Part shown: piece after piece, positions 39,641-52,981 of the stretch
How the letters are laid out: the number at the start of each line of letters is the position of its first letter
Position numbering within the stretch: position 1 is the first letter of the stretch
Assembly (NCBI GenBank): GCA_964016885.1
Contig: OZ024745.1
Location: 133,238,001 to 133,302,000, forward strand
Source: Eledone cirrhosa
Taxonomy: Eukaryota
Reading direction: 5' to 3'
DNA: 64,000 nt
Translations under genes and position numbers: made by a program
Notes under the pieces: generated by a model
Databases searched by the model: none
Seen by the model: only the letters and a program-made list of their open reading frames with translations
What the model was told of the DNA's origin: nothing

Positions 39641-42328
39641 ATAATATAAGATCAAAAGATGGTTAAAAGAGGATCACAAAAGTAACTTTCGAACTGCCTG
39701 TTAGACTAATCGCCCCCTCTAAATCAAATCTGGGGGTTGTTAGTAAATCCATCTTGGATTCGTTCTAATTGCTCTATTTCTAACTTAAATTCGTCGATTG
39801 ATACATCTGATGTAATTAACTGGTTCAATTATCTGAATAATAAAAACAAACAAAAATGTATTCAGTTTGACATTGCCAGTTACTATTCTTCTATTTCGCC
39901 TTCACTCCTCAACAACTTTCTATCTTTCGCATTTAATATTCTGACATTACCACAGATGAACTTTACATCATTCTCACCGCAAGAAAAACTATCCTGGAAT
40001 TCAACGCTGAATATTGTACTAGAGCTGATACTTCCAACAATTTTGATATCACAATGGGTTAGTCGGATTCAGTGCAATTGACGGACTTGATTGGTATCTT
40101 TATTTTGAATTCTTTAAATCGGAAAATTCCTCAACTTCGCGGTGGAATTTATCGTGACGATGCCCTTTTTACTGTCTTAAACTGTAACTTAGTTAACCTT
40201 AATATTATTAGGAATAATATACTTGATCTATTTAAGCACCATAACATATAAATTGAATTTGAAAACAACGTCAAACTAGCTAACTTCCTGGATATATCCC
40301 TTAATCTTGACACCGACCTATATTACCCTTACCATAAAGACAATGAGAATCTAAATTATGTTAATTTTAAATCTAACCACCCCATTAACTTTAAAAATGC
40401 TATAGTCAGTAATGTTGAAAAAATAATCTCAAATCTATCCTCTAATAAAGTTATCTTCGACGCTAATGCCAATTATTATAATAATGCGCTTTCCAAAGCC
40501 GGTTATCCTGACAAAATTAAATACAGTAAAGAAACCAATCATCGAGGGACTTATAGTAAAATAGTTAGTTATGAACATTCCAATAACTTAAAGAAAAGAT
40601 CTAGATACAAAAATATGACTTGGTACAACGCTCCTTTTTCTCTATCTATTACTAGTAATATTCCTAAACTATTTTTAGGGCCTTAGATAAATGCTTCCCT
40701 CCCTCGCATATCTATAGTAAGATCTTTAACAAACATACAATAAAATTCTCTTATGCCACCACTTCCAACATCTCTAACAATATCTCTAAACATAATAATA
40801 AAATATTAAATAATAAATTATATCCATCCAACACTGAGCGTCATAATAATAGCAATAGTAAACCCGACGCTAATGTTATATCTAGGCCAGATTCCGTAAA
40901 TTTAAATTCGACGTCAAGCGTAACTTTGTCGAATGTTCATAACACCAATCTAAATCAGGAAAGTTTAGCACCTATCGTAAATAACTTCTCCAATCCAATT
41001 CCTTCTATAAATAATACTAGAACTAACACGGCACTCTCAGAACTCAGATGATCCTTAAAAGACAAAAATATTAACTACAACATTTCTTGGTGGAAGGTTT
41101 GCAACGCCTCTCCTTACCGGAATTCTTCCCTATCCAGAACATGTAATCTCTGCCTAGCCGAGAAATTTACCATTATCTCTAAATTTAATTCTATAATAAA
41201 TAGACGTACGGATTTATTTTCGCTCTGCTTGCATACATCCCGTAGAACTTTCCCTAAAGTATACAGCTAATATCTTACTACCTAATTAGTTTAAAATCTT
41301 CTTTTCTCAAACGCTTTTTTATCTTCTACAAATATACCCATCTTTCTACCTTATTTCAGTATATTATATTATGTCGTTAGCGGTCCCCTATTTTTCTTCT
41401 TTTTTATCCTTTTTTCTTTTTTAATTTCTAATCTTTAATCTGTAACTTTTACTTCTTAATTCATATCATAACTTACTATAGCATTTTCCTTATATTCTTG
41501 GCCATACAGACTATATTTATTTTTAATATATACAAATATTACCATTAGTAAATTTTGTAAACATATTTTTTTTTTTACGTTATATATTTTTTCTTCCTTA
41601 AATTTTCTTCTTTCTTCTCTCCTTCCTTGCTCATATTAAACCTATTATTTACTTTTTCCTATTACAATACATAAAAACAAACTTGGACCCTAACTAATTC
41701 CTCTAAGTTCATAATTCATTTAACCTTCTCTTCACTCACCTTATCTCCTTAATATTTTTTTTATTTTAATAATACATATTAATAAATTCCTTTTCGCACA
41801 TATTATTAAACACTTCAATATATAAACCTTAAATAAATACTATTCTTAATTCCTTTTTCTTTAATCATAAACATCACCATTCATAAACCTCATTAACTTC
41901 TAATTTCAAAATTTTTTAAAATTATGTATTATCTTACAACGGTTTTTTTTTATTTCACTCTGTGAGACAGTGTTTCTCAGTATTAAAATTATCTCTCTCT
42001 CTCTCTCTCACTCATTTCTCCTCCTCTCTCATAATTCCTTCTTATACTCCTCCTCCGTCATCCTTTCCTTATTATTATATATATTTTTTTATTATTATTT
42101 CTTTCCTTCCCCCTTCCTTCTTTTTTTCCCAATCTCATATGTCCATCTTATTTTATTTTTCATATATTGATTTAACACTTCACTGCTCGCAAGTGTTTTT
42201 TAAGCTTCATATCATGTCTCCCTATTTTATCTGATGAGAACGCAAATATCATCGCATGATGATATTTGTTTTTGAAATGCGCATAATAAAATACATGGAA
42301 CTCTTTTAACCATCTTTTGATCTTATAT

Positions 42329-42335
<7 letters not shown>
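39641..42335 (+). mobile_element. Second Hydra-like PLE, 5'-truncated and frameshifted, with an inverted tail at the 5' junction
   Basis: DHK, RLIAPSKS, QFDIASYYSSIS, FDITMGSSDS, GGIYRDD, NFLDISL, WYNAPFS, CNLCLAEK, INRRTDLFSLCLH. 39641-39671 is the reverse complement of the 3' tail 42301-42332. Confidence 0.88.
42223..42293 (+). ncRNA. Type-I HHR, intact core
   Basis: TATTTTAT-CTGATGA-gaac-GCAAATATCATC-gcat-GATGATATTTGT-tttt-GAAA-TGCGCA-TA-ATAAAATA. Confidence 0.88.
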
Positions 42336-42371
<36 letters not shown>

Positions 42372-42691
42372 AGATCAAAAGATGGTTAAAAGAGTTCCTT
42401 GGTTAAAAGTGGATTTCTTGTTCAATCATCTTACCAGAAGCCTTACATTATTTATGTAAGCGGACGGTTAGGAGCCGCAGAAACCCAAATACTGGATTTT
42501 ACCAACTTTCCAGGGGTCCGGGTAAATTTTCAATACCAGAATAACCTGATCGTTTTTGTGGCTATGCGAATGATTGTTTAACCATCTTCTCAGTGTGTTT
42601 GGCGTTTAATTTTTGTTATAGCCCTGGTTCATCTCAGAGGTTGCTTTTCGTTATTTCGTGGGCCGAAATGCGAATCTCGATAATTTATGTT

Positions 42692-42724
<33 letters not shown>

Positions 42725-43643
42725 ATAATTAGTTACAACGGTAACATATAGAGGTACCTAACTTTCGTTGATGTATACACCACATCTCATTGTTTTATAT
42801 AGAATGTTTGCCACTACGACTGGTGAATGTAATGTTTTTGGACAAAATATATGAGAGCTCCTCAAGGCAAGCAATTTCGAAATTAGCTATAAATAATTAA
42901 AATTATTGGATAAGTTAAATGTAGGGATGTATGCTAAGTTAGTAATTCAAAGAAATCACATTCTTTGAAATTCAAATTAGTAATTTAAAGAAAATATTTT
43001 CCTTTATGATCAAATTAGTTAACATAGTCTATACCATTTTCTCAGAATGAATTCGCTTCGTATGGACAGCAACTGAAGCAATCAAGCGTGTATTTAAGCC
43101 GTGATTCTCTGAAACCTGTTTTGAGAGTATAGTCCAGTTTTCTGAGTTACATAGCCGGCAACATTTCGTTCCATTAACATGGGGGATAGATTATATTCTA
43201 TTTAATGGAAAAAGGTGTGCCGTTATTTATAAGGGTCCATACATGTTTTGCGAGCTGAGAGACATGTTTTTGTTGGGCTGTTTGAGCGCTCTTTCATGGT
43301 AGAGGTACTGGCTTTTGAGCCGGCATCCGGATATTTCAATATAAGTCCAGGCTTATATATATATAAGCGTGTATGAGTGTATGTTTTTTGTGCATACGTA
43401 TACATGAGGGATAAAAGGTATTATTCAAAACGATACATGTCAGTGAAAACATCTTGTAAAGCATGAAGAGTTTTGGGTTAAATTGACCGACACTGGGTAC
43501 ATATTGCAAGTAGAATAGCGAACTTTTGTCAATTTTATCGGTGGAATTACGGTCAGAAGGTTACAACAATTCTCCTTTCAAGTAACCACGTCTCATCTAT
43601 ATCCGTTCTTCCTTACCTGTATTTGTTCTTTCTTTGTGTATAC

Positions 43644-43723
<80 letters not shown>

Positions 43724-43859
43724 GGAATAAGAGATTATTGTTATAGGTAGTCCACTTAGGTGTAGTCCAGTTAGGGTACTCCGAGTAGTGGATGGTATCA
43801 ACGCTTGGTGATGTTGCGAGTTCGCGGTGATTTCTATGTTGTTTACACTTGGAGTAATA

Positions 43860-44123
43860 ATAAATCAAGAAAGAAGAGTGACACGGTTTGCTATACAACA
43901 AGGGCTTCAATCACAGTGCTGACAATTGTTTCTCTGAACTAGTAGGTCTAAAGATCGCTACCCGCCTGTTTCAGCGTCAATCGATCACCAATACATAGCT
44001 ATAACCAGTCAATTCATCAGAGCTAGCTATCTCTAGACCTACCAGTACAGAGAAACAATTGTCAGCAATGTGATTAAAGCCGTTATTGTATAGTAAACCG
44101 TGTCACTCTTCTTTCTTGATTTA
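43860..44123. mobile_element. Inverted pLTR pair with a long-helix-II HHR at 43918-44023 (minus)
   Basis: Arms 43860-43960 and 44025-44123. Minus strand GCT-CTGATGA-at-TGACTGGT-[~60 nt]-ACTAGTTCA-ga-GAAAC-aatt-GTC-AGC. Confidence 0.7.
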
Positions 44124-44937
44124 TATATATATATATATATATAGAAAGATTTGAATGGATACAGTTTAGTTGAAAGGAATTTATTGACACGTGTTTCTAT
44201 AACAGTTACATAACCTAAAACAGCTATCTACAAACTTTTAGTTATGCAGACATTCAATATTTCAATGTTATTGTTTACTGTCATTTCATCAGAATAATAT
44301 TACTGAGGACCTATTTAGTTTTTATAGAGAATATTAGGAGGAAGGGGTGAAGTTGTTAGAAGAATAGTTGAAGGAGTGGTTTTTCGATAGCAGTGAGAAT
44401 TCTTGGTGGCAGTGATTAATTAGATTCCCATCTGTTGTTTTGACATTTTTTATAGAATATATTATTGGTTATTTTTCTAAATCTATAGAAGGATTAGAGA
44501 TAGTAAAGATATGCGTGGTTGGTTTTGTGTTTGCACTTAACATTCAGACTTAAATTTTTCTTTCAAGTGTACGTATTCTTTCACCCACGCATTCACACAC
44601 AAATATATTTGCACACCTCTACAAAATACATATACTCACAATTCACATATTCATACTTACATATATATACACATGCATACACATATATATACACACATGT
44701 ATTCATGTACATACATACGCGCTCATGTGTATTGAATAACATTGAATAACAGAATTGAACGAACATTATTCTGCCGTCACAGAACTAAAACCCTTTTTTC
44801 CCACTACAAGCCGAATATTACATAAAAGAGGGACATCCCCCAACTATATAAACCTTAATCTAGTTAGAAAAATATAAAAACAATCTCTTTTCAACATATA
44901 TTAATAACCTTAAATTACCATACTAATAATGAAAAGA

Positions 44938-44995
44938 TATGCTGATGAGAATAGGTACAAATATGCGATAATGAATGTGTCTAAAAACGTCCATA
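44938..44995 (+). ncRNA. Degenerate second HHR in the same PLE
   Basis: TATG-CTGATGA-gaa-TAGGTACA-loop-TGTGTCTA-aAAAA-cg-TC-CATA (G12 lost). Confidence 0.5.
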
Positions 44996-45094
44996 AGTAT
45001 GTATATATATGTGAAAATGTATATAAATAAGTAAATATATATATATGTTTGATGTGTATAGTTAGATGTAAGTGTATTCATGTATTAAAGTGCT

Positions 45095-45127
<33 letters not shown>

Positions 45128-45150
45128 ATATGTGTGTATATATGTATGTG

Positions 45151-45181
<31 letters not shown>

Positions 45182-45773
45182 GTATGTGTATATATGTATA
45201 TATGTATATGTGTATGTATGTATGTGTATATGGATGTGTATGTATGTGTATGTGTGTACACATGGACTAGAGTATGTATGTATATATGTGTGTGTCTATA
45301 CGTGTGTATATATAAAGATAAGTTGAGTATGAAAATGTATACACATGAGCGCGTATGTATGTACATGAATACATGTGTGTATATATATGTGTATGCATGT
45401 GTATATATATGTAAGTATGAATATGTGAATTGTGAGTATATGTATTTTGTAGAGGTGTGCAAATATATTTGTGTGTGAATGCGTGGGTGAAAGAATACGT
45501 ACACTTGAAAGAAAAATTTAAGTCTGAATGTTAAGTGCAAACACAAAACCAACCACGCATATCTTTACTATCTCTAATCCTTCTATAGATTTAGAAAAAT
45601 AACCAATAATATATTCTATAAAAAATGTCAAAACAACAGATGGGAATCTAATTAATCACTGCCACCAAGAATTCTCACTGCTATCGAAAAACCACTCCTT
45701 CAACTATTCTTCTAACAACTTCACCCCTTCCTCCTAATATTCTCTATAAAAACTAAATAGGTCCTCAGTAATA

Positions 45774-45890
45774 TTATTCTGATGAAATGACAGTAAACAA
45801 TAACATTGAAATATTGAATGTCTGCATAACTAAAAGTTTGTAGATAGCTGTTTTAGGTTATGTAACTGTTATAGAAACACGTGTCAATAA
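45774..45890 (+). ncRNA. Type-I HHR with long helix II (mirror copy 44181-44297, minus)
   Basis: TTATT-CTGATGA-a-ATGACAGT-[~70 nt]-ACTGTTAT-a-GAAAC-ACGT-GTC-AATAA. Confidence 0.82.
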
Positions 45891-46037
45891 ATTCCTTTCA
45901 ACTAAACTGTATCCATTCAAATCTTTCTATTTTTCTCCGGATTACTTTTGGAACTACAACTGGAACCGTCGAGCAAACTCTACGTGAGCTGATAATCTAC
46001 TGTGTGTAATATTTATATTACAACACAACGGAAAAAA

Positions 46038-46113
<76 letters not shown>

Positions 46114-46264
46114 TCTAATAAGGTGTATGGAGGGGAGAGTGGGGTTGACTGTAATGCATCATTTTTTGAAAATCACCACAAGCTTTAGTTACGTTAGCCT
46201 TTTAAACACTTTGCAAATGAGATCCTGTATAACCATGTTTGCATATATTTATAAATATATGTTG

Positions 46265-46343
<79 letters not shown>

Positions 46344-46350
46344 CATACAC

Positions 46351-46395
<45 letters not shown>

Positions 46396-46795
46396 GTATG
46401 CGTGTTTGAATGCATACATCTACATGAATGTATGTATGTTTTTATAGGAAAAATCGTACAAACATGAACACAAAATGCACATAAACATAATGTTATCGAA
46501 TCGAGGGGACAGTTCATTTACGTAAAGCTGACAGATGATAGTAGATTAATGAGCAAGATTTTTTTTTTAACTTACGAAGCACATAATTTCTGCTGTGAAT
46601 TCCCTACTAAATATACATCCTAATAATCGTTTGATGCCGCAGTTGAACCAGCATCAGCGGATCTCGGTAATACCGCCATCTATACATTCAAAACATTATG
46701 GCTGTAATCAACGATACTATTTTTACCTGGGCTTACAGGTATGGTGTATCTGCTTTATTAACTGCTTCATTTCTAATAACGTGACTGAAATTACG

Positions 46796-46972
46796 TCAAA
46801 GAAATTCCGTTATAACGAAATTCGCGGGGGGAAAGAAAAAATTCGTTGTAACGAAAACTCTTTTAGAAAGAGATCGGGCAAACACATCGAGTGTGTGGCC
46901 TGGGATTGAAAACAAATTAGTTATACTAAAACATTTGTTATAATGGTATTCGTTGTAACGGAATTTTGCCTC
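46796..46972. mobile_element. pogo/Tigger-like MITE, degenerate
   Basis: Terminal inverted repeats aaattccgttataacgaa / ttcgttgtaacggaattt plus internal ttcgttgtaacgaa repeats. Confidence 0.6.
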
Positions 46973-47368
46973 CATACACACACGACGATCATAGCTATTT
47001 TTAAAAAAGAGAGCCTCGCTTTTATTACATACCACCGGTAGAATATTGATTAAATATCTTGTAATGTGCTTGGATGGGAGTTACGAAGAATCAATACGTC
47101 CAGGAAACAATTTTCTGTAATGATTCTTGTAAGGATTCTTGCTCCTATAAACGGTAAGGATATACCATGATATCTGCCGAATATATTGGAAGTTCATTGG
47201 ATATATTAATGGCAATATTCAACTAAGCAGCTACATTGTCAACCTCCTACATATTAAATATATAACCATTGTTTTTAAACGCAAGCTTCCTTTTTATGTG
47301 CCCGAGTGTTACAGACCGGTCCAAAGACTCATACACACATATATATAATTATATATATTGTGTATATA

Positions 47369-47411
<43 letters not shown>

Positions 47412-47415
<4 letters not shown>

Positions 47416-47602
47416 GTTTCTACTTTGGGCACAAGGCCAGCAATTATCCCAGTGCATTACTGGTGTTTTATTTTATCGACCCCGTAAGGATAAAAAAGCA
47501 AAGTTAACCTCGGCGGGATTTTAACTTCGAAGGTAAATGGCCATAACTCTATGCTGCAAACCATGGTGTCAGAAGATCTACCGAAACTGCCAATCCTCCA
47601 GC
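47412..47602 (-). mobile_element. tRNA-derived SINE
   Basis: Reverse complement of the family consensus. Confidence 0.8.
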
Positions 47603-47730
47603 ATAATAATGTACTAATAATATACATTTCTTCGTTGGGTTTATATATATACTTATATATACATAAAATACTTATATATACATGAAATACTTACTGAGTC
47701 GTCTTCGGATGTCGGTCTTCGTATTTATTA

Positions 47731-47794
<64 letters not shown>

Positions 47795-47800
<6 letters not shown>

Positions 47801-48180
47801 ATATATTAATAAATGGAAACTATATTTATAAAACCATATTTATTCTATTATATATATTTCAAGGGTACTATATTTCAAGGGTATTATATAGATTTCAACG
47901 GTTAAAGTTATCCGAGGATAACTTGAACCGTAAAGGTATATTCTCCTTCGTTATGTCAAAATTTATAAAACAGACTTCGTATTTTATCTGATGGTAGCGT
48001 ACCAAAGTGTTGGTACCCTTGAAATATATATAATAGAATAAATATAGTTTTATAAATATAGTTTCCATTTATTTAATATCATTGTATATTATACTCCAGA
48101 AAAGCTCTAGGGTGCTCTGAATCAGTTATAAACATTTATATTTGTTGAATTACCAACAAATTGAATATCCCTTCTACTTA
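47795..48180 (+). mobile_element. PLE pLTR fragment with 5' inverted arm and HHR at 47980-48040
   Basis: 47795-47868 is inverted relative to 48013-48088; TATTTTAT-CTGATGg-tagc-GTACCAA-agtg-TTGGTAC-cctt-GAAA-TATATA-TA-ATAGAATA. Confidence 0.72.
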
Positions 48181-48181
48181 T

Positions 48182-48212
<31 letters not shown>

Positions 48213-48361
48213 ATATATATATATTAGAAAGTGAGGTTTTTTTTACAAAATGAAAAATAACCGAGGTGTCCTACACGAGTGAAAGTATAAAGAAAAAGAG
48301 ATGAAATCGAAAATGCAACTGGAGTCTTATTTTTTTTAAAAATATATATACTTATTTGGTT

Positions 48362-48399
48362 CCTTTACCGGTTTCGCAGTTCTTCTGCTTTTCAAAAGG
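48362..48399 (-). ncRNA. Minimal type-I HHR with U3-A8 core, in repeat 48225-48430
   Basis: Minus strand CCTT-TTGAAAA-GCAG-aagaa-CTGC-GAAA-CCGG-TA-AAGG. Confidence 0.78.
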
Positions 48400-49157
48400 T
48401 GAGTTGAGATGGAGGGTTGTGGTTTTTCTCTTATATATATATGTATGTATATATATATGTGTGTGTGTGTTTGAATGCATATATATATATATGTGTGTGT
48501 GTGTGAGAGTGTGTGTGTGTGTCTGTGTGTGTGTGTATCTTCAATAGGTTACAGTACTATTCATACATATGGTGTATTACATTTTATCACAGAATAGATT
48601 TATAAATATTGCAATGTTATCCAGAATTGTTAAACGCAGTACAGGTGAAATAAACTAATTGCTTTATGTAAGATGAGAAAGCCATAATATAATGATGGAA
48701 AAAGCAAAGCGAAATATAGAGAAAAGCGAAATGCAGAGAAAAGAAAATGTCACACATTAAACAAAATCTTTGGGCAAATAAGTTACCAAGTGTATTATAT
48801 TCAATGTTGCTACCTGTGCATTTTTAATAGATGAAGACAAACAAGTACACAGGTAGACACACACACACACATACACATACACACACATACATACACACAC
48901 ATACACACATACACAAACCCACATACACATACATAGACACAAACACTCACAAACACACACATACACACACATACACGCATACACACACACATGCACACAC
49001 ATATACACACACACACACCCACATACGAACCCACATACACACATATGCACACACACATACAAACACGCAAACACACATACATACACACATATACACATAC
49101 ATACAGACACATACACATACACACACGCGTACACACACACATACACACACACACACA

Positions 49158-49202
<45 letters not shown>

Positions 49203-51156
49203 ATACTATACATGTGTGTTTCTGAGAAATGTGTATATAGTTTGCTATGCATGTAACTGACATATTACCATTGCCAAGACACCTGAACGAAGCAATGGAG
49301 CCCCTTAGCAGGATGACACTAAAGTCCATTTTCCATTTTATTTTTGTTTCTCCAATGAATCTGATAACAAATGTGTTGTCATCATGAATACGCTGGTAAA
49401 GCGGAGTTAAGATTCACTGATAAAATCAATACCCACGTCAAATTTATATGTTGATTGCTTTTATCATTCTTTTAAACCCACCTGTAAAACTACTCCAAGT
49501 ATTGCCAAGCACTACATATATATTTAACAGTCGGAAATGGAGAGATGATCTCTTCAGTTTTAATTAAAAGACATGGTGATACCACTGAGCAAAATCTATT
49601 TCACATGGCTAATCGATAAAGTAGAAAGTATGTCCATACTTATACGCGGGAAAGCCTTTTTCCTGAAGCCAATCTCCAACAAACACTATAACCAGTACTG
49701 TTTCACATCACCAAAATACCCGCTTCAGATATTCAGGATTTCATAACTGCACATGGACTTGCCGAACCTCATTTAATAAGGTAAGATTTTGGCAGTATTC
49801 TCATCAATTCTTATACACCGTATCCAATACCATTCCATGCCTCAAACAATCTAAAGTTAAACCCAGTCTCAACCATAAAAAAGAGTATGTAGGAAAGCAT
49901 CATTATCAACAATGATGATAACAAACGATGATAAAAAGCCGAGGCGAGGATCTAACCATTTAAATAGGAAGAGGCTTTGGAATACCTCACCTTACGTCAC
50001 TCAAATATGATAAACCAGACTCAACTTACAGTATAATCTGATTGATCCTCTAAGACTGAGGAGGATTAGTTAGAGTATTCTCGGAATTAACATATGAGGA
50101 AGACGGCTGGTTGAGACCAATGGGACACCTACAAGGCTGGGTTCCCATTATTGACTGCTGATCTACAAAAAACACAAAAACTCATATTGTGTAAAGGTCA
50201 AAGGGGATTACCCGTTCGACTTCTTTACGGATAGTTTCATCTTCTTCTTCTTCTTCTTACATACGAGACAAAAGAGAGAAACCCCGCCATATAGTCCTAA
50301 ATGCCACAACACGTTCAACTCACATCATGTTATGTTTAGCTAAGCCTGCTCCAACAAAAAAAAGAGGCGCTCACACAACCTCCAACGCCCTCACCAATCT
50401 ACATCTCTTAATCGTCAACTCTCAAATTCACACCACGAGGCGGCTTCCAGAGAAACTGTACAGAGATAGCATTTAATGTGTTCAAGGGTAGTATTACCCA
50501 TTTCGTACCCTCGACTGAGGGGGGTGGACAGTGAGTACTCTGCCTCTCCACCCCATTTCATATGGAGAAATCTTGTACTAGTGTACATCCTCCCCAGCAT
50601 TAAATGTCGTATTCTTGAGTGATCACAGCCATAACACTCCTGTGGTTGCTAGTGTCAAGTCTTCCCCGCGGGTCATATTGATTATACGGAAGGAATCTGC
50701 GATGTCCTTCAATATAATAACAATAGGAGGCGCTAAGTACCCACCGTTTGACCATGTGTAAACTAACGGTCAGTTATCAACACTACCACGTTACTGGAAA
50801 CAAAGACAGATCATGACACCAACACATAAAACTGCATTCTCTACTTTGTTATATTCCTCTCCAGGACAGCTTATCACATAGATGATATTTCGCCTTGAAA
50901 CCGTAATATATTTTAAGTCTAACTATCGATATAAATATGTATAAATATATGTATATATATATATATAGAAATATGTGTAGATATACATATATATATATAT
51001 AAATATATGTATATATATACATACATGTATATATAAATATGTGTATATACATATATATATATAAAAATGTGCATATATACTGTAAATGTAATTAAACAGA
51101 GCCGAAGAATTATGAAAATAAACCAAAGAAGCCTTCAATACATCAAAAGTCTTTAT

Positions 51157-51198
51157 TTGCCAACAATGTTTCGTCCTATTAAGGACTCATCAGGGCAA
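51157..51198 (-). ncRNA. Canonical minimal type-I HHR
   Basis: Minus strand TTGCC-CTGATGA-GTCCT-taat-AGGAC-GAAAC-att-GTT-GGCAA. Confidence 0.88.
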
Positions 51199-51522
51199 TT
51201 AAAGCTATAAGAAGCACTATCGGCCAATACAAGCCAAAAACTCAGAAGAATATGGAGTGTACATACATTAAAGCATAGGAAAATTATCGGGTAAAAATTA
51301 TCAAGTAAAAATTTCTAAGGAAGTGCATAACATGTTGAACCATATTACAAATATAGTCCAATGCAAAAACTAAAGCTAAACAAAGGTGGTGATATAGAGC
51401 GGGAATTATTGTACTATATGTAATATAATATAATATAATATAATATAATATAATATAATAGTGCAGTTGATTTAAAACTGCACTATCCACAAGTCTTTTT
51501 TAGCCTTCATATCATGTTCTCC

Positions 51523-51593
51523 TGTTTTATCTGATGAAAACACAAATATTATTGCATGATGATGTTTGTTTTTGAAATGCGCATAATAAAATA
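51523..51593 (+). ncRNA. Type-I HHR, paralog of 42223, in solo pLTR fragment 51465-51632
   Basis: TGTTTTAT-CTGATGA-aaac-ACAAATATTATT-gcat-GATGATGTTTGT-tttt-GAAA-TGCGCA-TA-ATAAAATA. Confidence 0.85.
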
Positions 51594-51623
51594 CATGGAA
51601 CTCCTTTAACCATCTTTTGATCT

Positions 51624-51688
<65 letters not shown>

Positions 51689-51692
<4 letters not shown>

Positions 51693-52981
51693 TTGGGGCA
51701 TAAAAACTGTTACAAAATAAAATGCAAATAGTTCTTGAAAAAAACATTTATTTCAAGATCTGACTTCAACAAATAGTAAGTAATATACTATTAAACAATT
51801 GCACAAAAACATATTCGAAATGCTTTCCTCTAACTCTCACTACTGCTCGAAGTCTTCTAGGAAAGTCTTCGATGGCTGCACGAACAGTTTCCATGGGTAT
51901 TTTCTCCCATACTTTATTCTGTTTTGATTTTAGAGTTTCAATATTTTGGTTAGGAGTAGAGCAGACTTCACTCTCAAGAATTGACCATAAAGAAAAATCG
52001 AGACTGTTGAGATCTGGTGATGTGGGAGGCCACTCTTCCTTACTGATCCATGCAGGACAATGGTCTCTACAACACTATTTTGTTACGCTAACAGCGTGGC
52101 TCGTCACTCCATCTTGTTGGAGAGGCCATAAACAGATGTGCACCATGGCATCAGTGCTCCTTCCGAAATATCCTCTATGTAAAGTTCTTTGTTAATTTTA
52201 ACTCCTTGAGGCACAAAAGTCAGAGGAGACTTCCCTCATTCAGAAATGGCTGCCCAAAGCATCACTGATGCTGGTTTCTGTGTTCTGAACACTTTTCCTA
52301 CATTTGAAGGAATTGATTTGAGACTTTTTGCAAGTACTCCATCGTGTTGATGATTGTGAGACTGCTGCACAGTGAATAACTTCTCATCTGTAAAGATGAT
52401 GTTTTGCAGCGTGCCATCCTTGGTACAGTTCAATAACAGTTTACTTCTGGAGAACCTCTTTTCAATTGTGGCTGCAGAAAGAAACTGCCTCTTCTGGAAC
52501 TTATAGGGTGACATCCCTAGATCATCTCGACATATCCTCCGCATAGTTCACGGTGATCTTTCTGCTTCTTCTGCCATTTTTCTCATGGACCTTCTTGGAT
52601 TACGCCTTATTTTTTCCCTCACACTTTTAACGAGTTTTGGTGTTCTTGAGGTGCGTGGGCGTCCGGATCGAGGTCTGTCTTTGGTCGATGAAGTTTCCTT
52701 AAATCGATCGATTGTCATTTTGATCAACATTCTATTGATCTTAAGAGTGTTCCCCAGTTTAAATATCTCGGGTGGAGTCAGGCCTTTTTCATGCTTCTCT
52801 ATTATGAACTTTCTTTTCAATTCTATGGACATTACAAATTGTTAATGGCGTAATGTTCTGAACAATAGTTAATATGGTTATAGTGCATGGATTTCATACA
52901 CATATATTAGTTATATTAGCAACATAATGTATTTTTAAAATTGATTTAAAACTTAGTAACAGGAATTATACCCCCACCCTG
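51689..52981 (-). mobile_element. Full-length but inactivated Tc1/mariner transposon, DD37D (maT) family
   Basis: HTH region with RSGRPRT, FTDEKLF, then QQDG-x-WPPTSPDLNSLDF with 37 residues between D2 and D3 (counted manually). Imperfect TIRs of about 28 bp (cagattggggcata.. / ..tatacccccaccctg), TA flanks, stops and frameshifts. Confidence 0.9.

Larger units (their letters stand above)
44141..46040 (+). mobile_element. Young 5'-truncated Hydra-like PLE with a roughly 592-bp inverted pLTR
   Basis: 44141-44732 is the reverse complement of 45339-45930 (identical ORF-track peptides on opposite strands). The spacer begins with the ORF end NNRIERTLFCRHRTKTLFS, homologous to NSKIEHSLYCNHRLKTIFS of the 27741 ORF. 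(TA)n flanks. Confidence 0.85.

Noticed and set aside
49300-50260. Possible old RTE fragment (RRRL..GH, LPVRLLYG); similar weak signal at 57990-58330 on the minus strand
   Set aside because: Too degenerate to delimit or support by eye.
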